Of a stretch of DNA of 64,000 bases, positions 8,780 to 16,045 are shown in pieces (within the stretch, counting starts at the first letter, position 1; every line of letters starts with the position of its first letter). The DNA comes from a virus. Taxonomy: Duplodnaviria > Caudoviricetes. A program made the position numbers and the translations under genes. Under the pieces are notes generated by a model. The model ran no database searches and was not told the DNA's origin. It saw only the letters and a list, made by a program, of their open reading frames with translations. The stretch is taken from positions 1 through 64,000 of the IMG/VR virus record IMGVR_UViG_3300023267_000001; one strand, written 5' to 3'.

Positions 8780-9754
8780 TTGCTGGCCGGAAAAGGTCAA
8801 GTGAACTGTCATTGCTGTGCATCCGATGAAATCAAGAAACAAGGTCGTTTCCAGAACAAAAACCGCCTAGTCCAGCGTTATCAATGTCTCCGCTGCGGCA
8901 AGACATTTAGCGAGTCACAACCACTTAACGGTCTTAGGGTGGACTTCAAGACCGCCTGCCAAGCCGTCCATCTTGCCTGTGAATCAATGGGCATCCGCGC
9001 GATTGAACGATTCACCGGACTTCACCGCGACACCGTGCTGGCGATTCTTGCCGAGGCCGGAGAAAAGGCGCAACGCTTCATGGATGAAAAGATTCGTGAC
9101 GTGAAAGCCTCATGGGTGGAAGTGGACGAGATTCATTCGTTCGTGTTCAAGAAAATCAATGATGCCGAGACACCAGAGCAAGGTGAGTTCTTCACATTCC
9201 TAAGCATTGATAGCTCCAGCAAGATGATTATCAATTCGCTGGTGGGCAAGCGCACCTCAGCGAATGCCGATGCGTTCCTGACTGATTTAAAGCATCGCAT
9301 GGGCATGCGCTTTCAGTTATCAACCGATGCTTGGCACGGATATTTTCGCGGTGGTGGTGCGGTTCGCCGTGTGTTCGGCCACGATGTTGACTACGCCACG
9401 GAGACAAAGGTTTTCAACAAGCAAGACCCGTCGCTTAAACCCACCTACCAGACGCCCTACGTTGTCGCCATAAAGCGTATCCAGCGCATAGGGAATCCAG
9501 ACATGGACTTGGCTACCACCACCCATGCCGAACGTTTAAACCTAAGCGTCCGCACGTTCTCAAAGCGATTCACGCGCAAGACCATTTGCTTCTCAAAGAA
9601 GCTGGAAAACCACAAGCTTGCCGTGTCACTCTTTGCTTGGCACTACAACTTTGCCCGCAAGCACAGCGCACACGGCAGGACACCGGCGATGGCCGCGAAT
9701 CTCACAAACCGGCCTTGGACGATTGCGGAGATGCTGGCGCACACGTCAGTTTGA
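8780..9754 (+). CDS. IS1-family single-ORF DDE transposase
   Basis: Zn ribbon CHCC..QRYQCLRC, HTH MGIRAIERFTGLHRDTV, catalytic EVDE / STD / ERLN, and the IS1-type tail FSKKLENH...HYNF.R.H...TPAMA. TTG start is adjacent to a hairpin at 8741-8779. Confidence 0.85.
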   Translation: MLAGKGQVNCHCCASDEIKKQGRFQNKNRLVQRYQCLRCGKTFSESQPLNGLRVDFKTACQAVHLACESMGIRAIERFTGLHRDTVLAILAEAGEKAQRFMDEKIRDVKASWVEVDEIHSFVFKKINDAETPEQGEFFTFLSIDSSSKMIINSLVGKRTSANADAFLTDLKHRMGMRFQLSTDAWHGYFRGGGAVRRVFGHDVDYATETKVFNKQDPSLKPTYQTPYVVAIKRIQRIGNPDMDLATTTHAERLNLSVRTFSKRFTRKTICFSKKLENHKLAVSLFAWHYNFARKHSAHGRTPAMAANLTNRPWTIAEMLAHTSV

Positions 9755-10417
9755 CCATCCAGTGCTATGCAAAATCCATCCAACAAACTTTATGGAGACA
9801 ATGCAGAACACCCCAAAAACAAACAACCACCAAGCCGCCAAAAGAGAGCAGCCTAGGCCGCCAACGGTAAGAGATTTTAACAACTCCATCCAAAGCCTGA
9901 AATTGGTGATTTCTTTTTTACGAGCCTCTATTTTTTCACGCATGCTTTCATCAGTTAGAAAATTTTCATTCACGGTTTCTCGCGGATCAATTTTAACCCG
10001 CTGCGGTTCTGGCTCTGGGCAGGTTTCAAGCGCAACCATATCAACCCCCAAAACCGTTGGCTGCTGGCAAACTGGACATTCAATGGTTTCACCCCTGCGC
10101 ATGGCGGCAAAGCTAATGGGTGCATTGCAGGCGTTGCATGGGAAAACCTTTTCAGCGTTGTTATCCGCGTCAATTTTCGCCTGCTTTTTGGCTTCGGATG
10201 AATAAACAAAGCTCAGGGTGATTGCCATTATGATTAACCATATCGGGGTTATTAAGTTCGTAATAATCTGGATGAAGCCGTTTAGAATCGGATAGGCAAC
10301 CATCTGAAAATCTGTCGGGTGAACATTGGGCTGGTTAATCTGAATAATCGTCGTGATGCAGCCATAGAGAAAGAACGCGGCGCAAAAAGCGGCAAACCAT
10401 TGGATTGTCTTTTTCAT
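9746..10417 (-). CDS. membrane protein with central zinc ribbon
   Basis: N- and C-terminal TM helices; CNAC..CPVC; start moved to MKKTIQWF. Confidence 0.65.
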   Translation of the reverse strand: MKKTIQWFAAFCAAFFLYGCITTIIQINQPNVHPTDFQMVAYPILNGFIQIITNLITPIWLIIMAITLSFVYSSEAKKQAKIDADNNAEKVFPCNACNAPISFAAMRRGETIECPVCQQPTVLGVDMVALETCPEPEPQRVKIDPRETVNENFLTDESMREKIEARKKEITNFRLWMELLKSLTVGGLGCSLLAAWWLFVFGVFCIVSIKFVGWILHSTGWSN

Positions 10418-10459
10418 TTTCCCTTCATTGGCGAAAGGAAAGGCGTGCAGCCATAGCAC

Positions 10460-10569
10460 CAACCAGAGGGTTGCAACACCCTATTGAAGAATGCACACAG
10501 CCACACGCCTGAGCAGGCGCGTGAACGTGGCAAGAGGCTTCAATAACGAAATGTTGCAATTTCTGGTTG
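10460..10569 (-). promoter_or_regulatory. rod-like hairpin leader RNA upstream of the membrane/Zn-ribbon gene
   Basis: Nested arms CAACCAGA/TCTGGTTG, TTGCAACA/TGTTGCAA, TATTGAAG/CTTCAATA, GCCAC/GTGGC. Confidence 0.55.
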
Positions 10570-10933
10570 CCCTTACCCTAACGCTAAATTTGAGCCATGA
10601 TTGAAAGTGAAATCAGGCCGCTGGTCAAGCCAGACAGCGCCAATTTTGGCGCGGTCAACTGTGTGAACTATTTGCAATTTGTGGTCATAATTGCTAATAT
10701 TTTTGAAATCATGAATTTGAAAAATACGCTTAAAATGCAGTATTTATCATTAAAGCTCGATGCAATGCGTGATTTAAAAAACTGTCAACAATTTTTATTA
10801 AAAGTTCTTGGCAATTTGTCTGCATGTGATATACATTCACTCCGTTGTGGGTGGGATTTGTTGCTTTGAACTAGTTTTTTCTAAAGTAGTTCACTGGTCT
10901 TCCGATTTCTAACCCATAAAAACCAAACAAAAC

Positions 10934-11110
10934 ATGACATCCGCAAAAGAATTTGACCAATGGTATGAAGCCGAAAAGAAAAACGGCTTGGTAGATATCA
11001 AATTCTACACAAAAGAGAATTTGGCAGGCACCACCGTTGAGGATTTCGCCAAAGAAGCTCTGGCAATAATCCGCAGTAAAAAAACCACCGTTTCGCCTAA
11101 GGGGTTCTAA
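10934..11110 (+). CDS. 58-aa protein coupled to the IrrE-like peptidase (not in ORF track)
   Basis: MTSAKEFDQWYEAEKKNGLVDIKFYTKENLAGTTVEDFAKEALAIIRSKKTTVSPKGF*; TAATG overlap with 11110. Confidence 0.75.
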   Translation: MTSAKEFDQWYEAEKKNGLVDIKFYTKENLAGTTVEDFAKEALAIIRSKKTTVSPKGF

Positions 11111-11733
11111 TGTCCCCGCAACCGATGTCGGTTGTCCCGCGATTTATTCAAATTTGCGGGAAAGTTCAAAAATCTTACGCCTCTTTTCATGGGCATCCCG
11201 TCCCCGTTGTTCCCGACGACTGGAAATCTGCCGTAGAAAAAAGTTTATCAACCACCAAATCGTATCCAATCACATTTGAGTGGTTCAAGCCCCAAGGTGA
11301 CATTATCAAGGGGACATTAGTAAGAAGCACTGGGTCGGCAAAAATCTGGATTTCGGAAAAGGAAACGGTGTGCTGGCAAAGGTTTATCGCCCTGAAGGAG
11401 TTGTCTCACCTTTTGATAGACGAGCCAAATCAGTATACAACCAAGCCAACGAATCTAATGGGCCAACTCATTCAGTCAGTCCCAATTTGGGCGATAAAAC
11501 GAGACGCTGACCAGTCAGAAGAAGCGTTTCTTTCTGAGAAGCTGGCGGTGATGTCCGCGATGGAGATGATTTTGCCATGGAAACACAGGGGTGTGGTTAC
11601 AGAAATGTTCACCAGGGGAAAGGATAACTTGGAAATTGCGAAACACTTTAAGGCTCCTCAAAACATGGTGTCCAATCTTCTTTCAATCACGTATTCTGGA
11701 TTATCGACTTACTGCAATATCAATTGCAGATAA
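11110..11733 (+). CDS. ImmA/IrrE-like metallopeptidase-fold protein (KELxH variant)
   Basis: AKIWIS..ETVCWQRFIALKELSHLLID followed by E.LA..SAMEMILP; K replaces the first H of HExxH. Confidence 0.7.
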   Translation: MSPQPMSVVPRFIQICGKVQKSYASFHGHPVPVVPDDWKSAVEKSLSTTKSYPITFEWFKPQGDIIKGTLVRSTGSAKIWISEKETVCWQRFIALKELSHLLIDEPNQYTTKPTNLMGQLIQSVPIWAIKRDADQSEEAFLSEKLAVMSAMEMILPWKHRGVVTEMFTRGKDNLEIAKHFKAPQNMVSNLLSITYSGLSTYCNINCR

Positions 11734-11860
11734 GTCCATGCAGCATCCGCTTTTTCAGTCTTGATTAAAAGTTAATCAAGACTGGGGGCAAAATGTTACA
11801 CTGGTGTAACTCTGCTTTGTCACGCTGCGTAACATTTTCCCACGGCTTGCCAATCAAGGA

Positions 11861-12037
11861 TTATTTTCCGACACCATCAGAGTTAGAAAAGCCAAGGATT
11901 TGAGACATCACGAAGATGGCAACAACCTTCTCTTTTGTTATAAACATTAACCAGCCATCTTGGATTTTAAATGTTTCTGATTTGATGTGGATGACTTTAA
12001 ATCCCTCGACGTTAAGGAACACTTGATAGTTATTCAT
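11861..12037 (-). CDS. small beta-rich protein, 58 aa (not in ORF track)
   Basis: Manual translation MNNYQVFLNVEGFKVIHIKSETFKIQDGWLMFITKEKVVAIFVMSQILGFSNSDGVGK*. Confidence 0.55.
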   Translation of the reverse strand: MNNYQVFLNVEGFKVIHIKSETFKIQDGWLMFITKEKVVAIFVMSQILGFSNSDGVGK

Positions 12038-12239
12038 AGGCCCACATCATCTGCCGTCTGTTGGCGGGCGCAATCATTTATTGCTGACACAATGTTCACA
12101 AATTACTTTAAAAGCCAGCAACAGTCTGGTGGGACATTACCTCGGAGCTTATTTCCATCATCAAAAACAGCAAGTTTCTCTACAACGCAAAGACAGTTGA
12201 GGCTGTCCATGCGTTTTTAACAGCTATGGAGCAGGGCAA

Positions 12240-12488
12240 ATGAACCCAATCAACGGCAGATTATCCATTCAACCCGTTCGTTTTGGGCTTTTCGAGCTTC
12301 GGGACGCCTCTGGAGTGTCTAGAGCGACATGCGGGGACGAAAACGCAGCCTTGGCCCTTCTAGAGGCCTACAACACTGCTTTAGAGGCTGATTCGGTCAG
12401 GCTCGACATCACCAAGTCGCTGCCTAAAGAAACCTATGGCGGCCAGTTTCACGGCGGCTATCTAAAAAATTTCAACCATCAAAAGTGA
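12240..12488 (+). CDS. hypothetical protein
   Basis: 82-aa ORF with GGAGCAGGG upstream. Confidence 0.5.
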   Translation: MNPINGRLSIQPVRFGLFELRDASGVSRATCGDENAALALLEAYNTALEADSVRLDITKSLPKETYGGQFHGGYLKNFNHQK

Positions 12489-12496
12489 GTTTTATG

Positions 12497-12525
12497 TTGA
12501 CGGAGAAAAACAACGGGGGTAGGGT
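12497..12525 (+). promoter_or_regulatory. sigma70-like promoter
   Basis: TTGACG-N17-TAGGGT. Confidence 0.55.
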
Positions 12526-12581
12526 TGCGGCACTCAAAGGCTTGCTAGCGCGAGACGATGAAGTTCTAAAAAGTTTACGGT

Positions 12582-12645
12582 GGTTCCGGTCATGGGGCAA
12601 TTTCCCCCGAAGTCTCGCCCGCGCTAGCATGACCGGAACCTTTTT
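12582..12645 (+). terminator. intrinsic terminator / attenuator
   Basis: Perfect 13-bp stem GGTTCCGGTCATG/CATGACCGGAACC followed by TTTTTGTT. Confidence 0.65.
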
Positions 12646-12981
12646 GTTCCATTTGAGCCTCTTTGCCACTGGCGTTAATGCTATGACCACGGGCAAAAAT
12701 CACGGCCTGTGGATAAATAAACAAACCGGCAGGCAGCAGGGAACAGCCCTGCCAACGTCGCCACGCTCTAATTGCGTAACTATGGCGGCAACTGTGAGTC
12801 ACGGCGGAGCAAATCGCCTAAGGTGTGTGGCTGGTAGCCAGTGAAACCGAAAGACTCCTCGAAAGCTACGAAGTGTGTCCGAAAGAAACAAATTTCAAGG
12901 CGAACAGTAAATCCGACTTGGGTTTACTGTCGTGCCAACGAGCGGAACCGAAGAAACAATCAATCCAATGCAGGGTATAAT

Positions 12982-13470
12982 ATGAGCCGATTCCAAGATT
13001 TAATGGGGCAGGCGTTAAGCCACTGGTTGCCAAATCAGCGCAGGTTTGAAAATTACCGTCCCGACTGGCTGTTCGGCATGGAGTTGGATTTTTACTTCCC
13101 TGATTTAAACATGGCGGTTGAGGTTCAAGGTAAACAGCACTATAAATTTACTCCCAAGTTTCACAAAACACGGGCTGATGGATACGCCCAAAGACAGCGC
13201 GATTCAAGAAAGAAAAACCTATGTAATGAACGCGGAGTTAGAATCCTAATCGCTAGAACTGGTGGTGGAACATGCTTCTGTGGGATGGAACAAAAACTGC
13301 GTGACCACCTTGGAATTTCAATCCCCAGAGTGACCCAAAGCATGCGCCAAGAATGGAAAATCCACTTGGCCATTTTACACAAAATATCGGTTGGTGAAGA
13401 TGTTTGCCGCAAAGAGTGGAAAAGCTCGCCAAAACTAATGGCCCTGCTTGCGAAGGGCTATCAAGCTTAA
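12982..13470 (+). CDS. PD-(D/E)XK (Vsr/DUF559-like) endonuclease
   Basis: ENYRPDWL.GMELDFYFPDLNMAVEVQGKQHY...QRQRD.RKK.LC.E.GV.IL; start moved to MSRFQD. Confidence 0.8.
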   Translation: MSRFQDLMGQALSHWLPNQRRFENYRPDWLFGMELDFYFPDLNMAVEVQGKQHYKFTPKFHKTRADGYAQRQRDSRKKNLCNERGVRILIARTGGGTCFCGMEQKLRDHLGISIPRVTQSMRQEWKIHLAILHKISVGEDVCRKEWKSSPKLMALLAKGYQA

Positions 13471-13486
13471 AAAAGACTACCAGCTT

Positions 13487-13708
13487 ATGAATATCAAATT
13501 TAACGGTGACGGACGAGACTACAAAGGCGGACTAGCCCATGATTCCGACTTGGTTCACGCCGATGGAGCGATTCAGGACTACACGCTATGCGGTTTAACA
13601 TTGGATGGCGACAGTGCAACTTGTGGAGACTGGAAAACCACCAGAGAGAAAATCACCTGCTCTCAATGTATCGACATCATCAAACACTGCAAGTCGATAA
13701 GGCTTTGA
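13487..13708 (+). CDS. small Cys/His-rich protein (possible zinc binder)
   Basis: VH...TLCG...ITCSQC. Confidence 0.6.
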   Translation: MNIKFNGDGRDYKGGLAHDSDLVHADGAIQDYTLCGLTLDGDSATCGDWKTTREKITCSQCIDIIKHCKSIRL

Positions 13709-13746
13709 AATTAAATCCTAACCCCACATTTGGGCATTAATAATTT

Positions 13747-13953
13747 ATGAAAATAAAACTGCAAACACTGATATACGCATGCCTGCCAACACTGTTGCTG
13801 ACCATGTATGGGCTGACCACCATTCACCAGAAGATTCCACCAACCCCAGAAGGCGCGGAATACACTTGGAGAGTTCCCTATGGGATTTTTGTGATTTGTG
13901 GGCTGGTCGCATTTTTTGCCTTCATTGGAGGTAAAATAGACTCTGATAAATAA
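13747..13953 (+). CDS. small membrane protein (2 TM)
   Basis: Two hydrophobic segments; TAATTTATG context. Confidence 0.65.
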   Translation: MKIKLQTLIYACLPTLLLTMYGLTTIHQKIPPTPEGAEYTWRVPYGIFVICGLVAFFAFIGGKIDSDK

Positions 13954-13957
13954 TTTT

Positions 13958-14266
13958 ATGAGACTGGCTAAAAAACACTGGCTGGTTTATCTGGCCTATC
14001 TGCCGGAGCGGATTATGAAAAGCCCGATTGATATTCCGGCTCAGACATCGCTTTGCAGCTTGATTGGAAAGGCGTTTATATCCACCCCACTTTTTATCGC
14101 GGTTGGATTGCCGGTGGCCACGGTCATTGCATGCGCCATTGGAGTCTTGTGCCTGCCCATGATAATATGGGATTGGAAGCTGAAATCGCGGTGGGATAAA
14201 AGTGTTATCAAGGCTTCAATTCTAGACTTCAAAAACAAGACCTGCACGAAGGTTGAGATTGAATGA
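13958..14266 (+). CDS. membrane protein
   Basis: Long hydrophobic segment FISTPLFIAVGLPVATVIACAIGVLCLPMIIW. Confidence 0.6.
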   Translation: MRLAKKHWLVYLAYLPERIMKSPIDIPAQTSLCSLIGKAFISTPLFIAVGLPVATVIACAIGVLCLPMIIWDWKLKSRWDKSVIKASILDFKNKTCTKVEIE

Positions 14267-14269
14267 TTT

Positions 14270-14533
14270 ATGAAGAAGCCCACCGACAAAGAAATCATGT
14301 CAGCCCTGATTAAACAGGTCACACTGGCGGCAAAAGGTGACAGCGAGCTTAACGTGGTCACAATAATCACCAAACCCATGTGGAGGGCATTCCTGCGGGC
14401 TTGTGGTGGCACTGATTTTGAAAAAGGCGCAACCGAGTGGTTGGGCATCGGTGCGACCTACCGCGTCTATGGCTCTAAAACCATTGTGGTTGATTCAAGG
14501 AACATGGCGTCGGTAAGCATGAGAAAGAAGTGA
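14270..14533 (+). CDS. hypothetical protein, paralog of 14967-15233
   Basis: Shared EIM.ALIKQV, VVT.ITKPMW.AFLRA.GG and RVYGS.TIVV. Confidence 0.75.
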   Translation: MKKPTDKEIMSALIKQVTLAAKGDSELNVVTIITKPMWRAFLRACGGTDFEKGATEWLGIGATYRVYGSKTIVVDSRNMASVSMRKK

Positions 14534-14536
14534 TTT

Positions 14537-14776
14537 ATGAAAATTGAAACCGGAGTGATGGTGATGAAAAACGGCAAGGCTTGGGGCATAACCCACGAGG
14601 ACGGGCATTCCACCAGCTACGGATGGATGGAGCCTGAATCGGCACCAATCAGCGACCCAAGATATTGCAACAAGCCAACCGATGTCACTTACAGAAACAG
14701 CCCTTATATCCAAGAGCTTTCGACCGCCAAAATCGTCAAAGTTGAGCGCACGACAACGGTTCGCATCATTGAATAA
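14537..14776 (+). CDS. hypothetical protein
   Basis: 79 aa; GATTTATG context. Confidence 0.65.
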   Translation: MKIETGVMVMKNGKAWGITHEDGHSTSYGWMEPESAPISDPRYCNKPTDVTYRNSPYIQELSTAKIVKVERTTTVRIIE

Positions 14777-14779
14777 TTT

Positions 14780-14962
14780 ATGAAAAAGCCTCAACCCCTA
14801 AACTTCATCGGCCTGACAGCCACAGAGCTTAAACAGCTTGCCCATTTCGTTGACTTGGTTGCCTCGGACACGCGGCCAAACTTGCGGACGATGGTTGACG
14901 CGATGAAGTTTTCACTACGTCTCAAACAAACAATTAAATCCGCCAAGACTGCGGGAAGATGA
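14780..14962 (+). CDS. hypothetical protein
   Basis: 60 aa; TAATTTATG context. Confidence 0.6.
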   Translation: MKKPQPLNFIGLTATELKQLAHFVDLVASDTRPNLRTMVDAMKFSLRLKQTIKSAKTAGR

Positions 14963-14966
14963 TTTT

Positions 14967-15233
14967 ATGAAGAAAATAAAAGATGAGGAAATAATGCACG
15001 CTTTAATCAAGCAGGTGTTGACCGCCGCGAACGGTGGTAATGAGCAGGGCGTTGTCACTGTGATTACAAAACCAATGTGGCAGGCGTTTTTAAGGGCGAC
15101 AGGTGGCAACCCTAAACAGAAGCCAACTAAAATGCTCGGTGTTGGAAACACTTTTAGGGTCTACGGCTCGCACACCATTGTTGTAGAAAGCACTCAAATG
15201 AAATCGTTCAGCTTTAAGGTTGAACCAGCTTGA
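14967..15233 (+). CDS. hypothetical protein, paralog of 14270-14533
   Basis: About 50 of 87 residues identical by manual alignment. Confidence 0.75.
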   Translation: MKKIKDEEIMHALIKQVLTAANGGNEQGVVTVITKPMWQAFLRATGGNPKQKPTKMLGVGNTFRVYGSHTIVVESTQMKSFSFKVEPA

Positions 15234-15241
15234 ATAACTTT

Positions 15242-15469
15242 ATGAAAACCTCCCAACACAATCCCACCAAAACAGGCCGTCGCGCGGCTGGCGAAGAGCC
15301 AACTGGTTATGACGTTCGCGGCGTCATGGCTGATTTGAAACAACTGCGGGCCAATCCCAGATTAAAAGGCTGGTCTTGGCGGAAGAAGATGATTCCAAAG
15401 CCAAAACACATTGCAGGAAGTTTTGAACACGAGGAAATCTACAACGAAATCAACCAACACAATTTATGA
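15242..15469 (+). CDS. hypothetical protein
   Basis: Start moved to CTTTATG at 15242; 4-bp overlap with the next gene. Confidence 0.55.
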   Translation: MKTSQHNPTKTGRRAAGEEPTGYDVRGVMADLKQLRANPRLKGWSWRKKMIPKPKHIAGSFEHEEIYNEINQHNL

Positions 15470-15717
15470 CCAAACCAAATGACGGCGGGCCAGCGTTTCC
15501 AATTCAAGCAGTTTGCACAGCAGATGGAAATCCGGTCGAATCCATGCAACCCGGCATGTCCCTGCGTGATTATTTCGCGGCGCAAGCCCTGATTGGAGTC
15601 ATGGCGTCCTACAACTCAAGCGGATATGACCCAAAGCATCCGAACATAGTTCCACAGGTCGCTGAAATTTCATTCATGCTGGCTGACGCGATGATTAAAC
15701 GCTCCAAATCCGTGTAA
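15466..15717 (+). CDS. phage protein of the GGPAFP...GMSLRDYFAA family
   Basis: DGGPAFP, GMSLRDYFAAQAL and ADAMIK.R motifs. Confidence 0.8.
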   Translation: MTKPNDGGPAFPIQAVCTADGNPVESMQPGMSLRDYFAAQALIGVMASYNSSGYDPKHPNIVPQVAEISFMLADAMIKRSKSV

Positions 15718-15737
15718 AATAAATCTTAACAAAAACC

Positions 15738-15766
15738 TTGACCAATTTTTACACTTTTGGTCTAAT
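15738..15766 (+). promoter_or_regulatory. sigma70-like promoter
   Basis: TTGACC-N17-TCTAAT; GTGTAAAA (15712) / TTTTACAC (15747) inverted half-sites. Confidence 0.55.
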
Positions 15767-15775
15767 AAATCAGTC

Positions 15776-16024
15776 ATGCAACTCAAAACACTTTTGGTCT
15801 ATCTGCCATCCGGTAAATTAAGCCACTCAAAGACCGGCAAGAAGGCGCGCAAATACCGGCTGTCATTGGGTGTCAAATCCAACGCGCTCGCCAAGCGAAT
15901 GGGCTGGGGCGAGAACAAGGGCGCAAGGATAACCCACCTTGAGAACGGCAGGAAACAATGGACGCCCAAGATTGACCAGCAGGTTTTGAAGGCGTTGCAC
16001 GAGATTGCGGAGTTTTTTAAATAA
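15776..16024 (+). CDS. XRE/Cro-like helix-turn-helix regulator
   Basis: ARKYRLSLGVKSNALAKRMGW...ITHLENGRK. Confidence 0.75.
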   Translation: MQLKTLLVYLPSGKLSHSKTGKKARKYRLSLGVKSNALAKRMGWGENKGARITHLENGRKQWTPKIDQQVLKALHEIAEFFK

Positions 16025-16045
16025 CCAACAACCAGATTAATTCAA

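Larger units (their letters stand above)
8741..11838. mobile_element. IS1-like transposon with passenger genes (boundaries uncertain)
   Basis: Transposase followed by AT-richer cargo genes and bounded by hairpins/palindromes; no terminal inverted repeats or target duplication identified by eye. Confidence 0.4.

Noticed and set aside
12708-12716. DnaA box as a replication origin
   Set aside because: One perfect 9-mer in 64 kb on both strands is not improbable by chance; no cluster or adjacent initiator gene.
12790-12870. Possible second hammerhead (CTGTGAGTC...GAC...GAAA)
   Set aside because: The core lacks the A of CUGA, and GAAA does not directly follow the putative stem II.
12485-12981. 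ORFs 12485-12844 and the N-terminal extension of 12841-13470
   Set aside because: GTG starts with no motifs, overlapping a promoter, a terminator and hairpins; a noncoding interpretation fits better.
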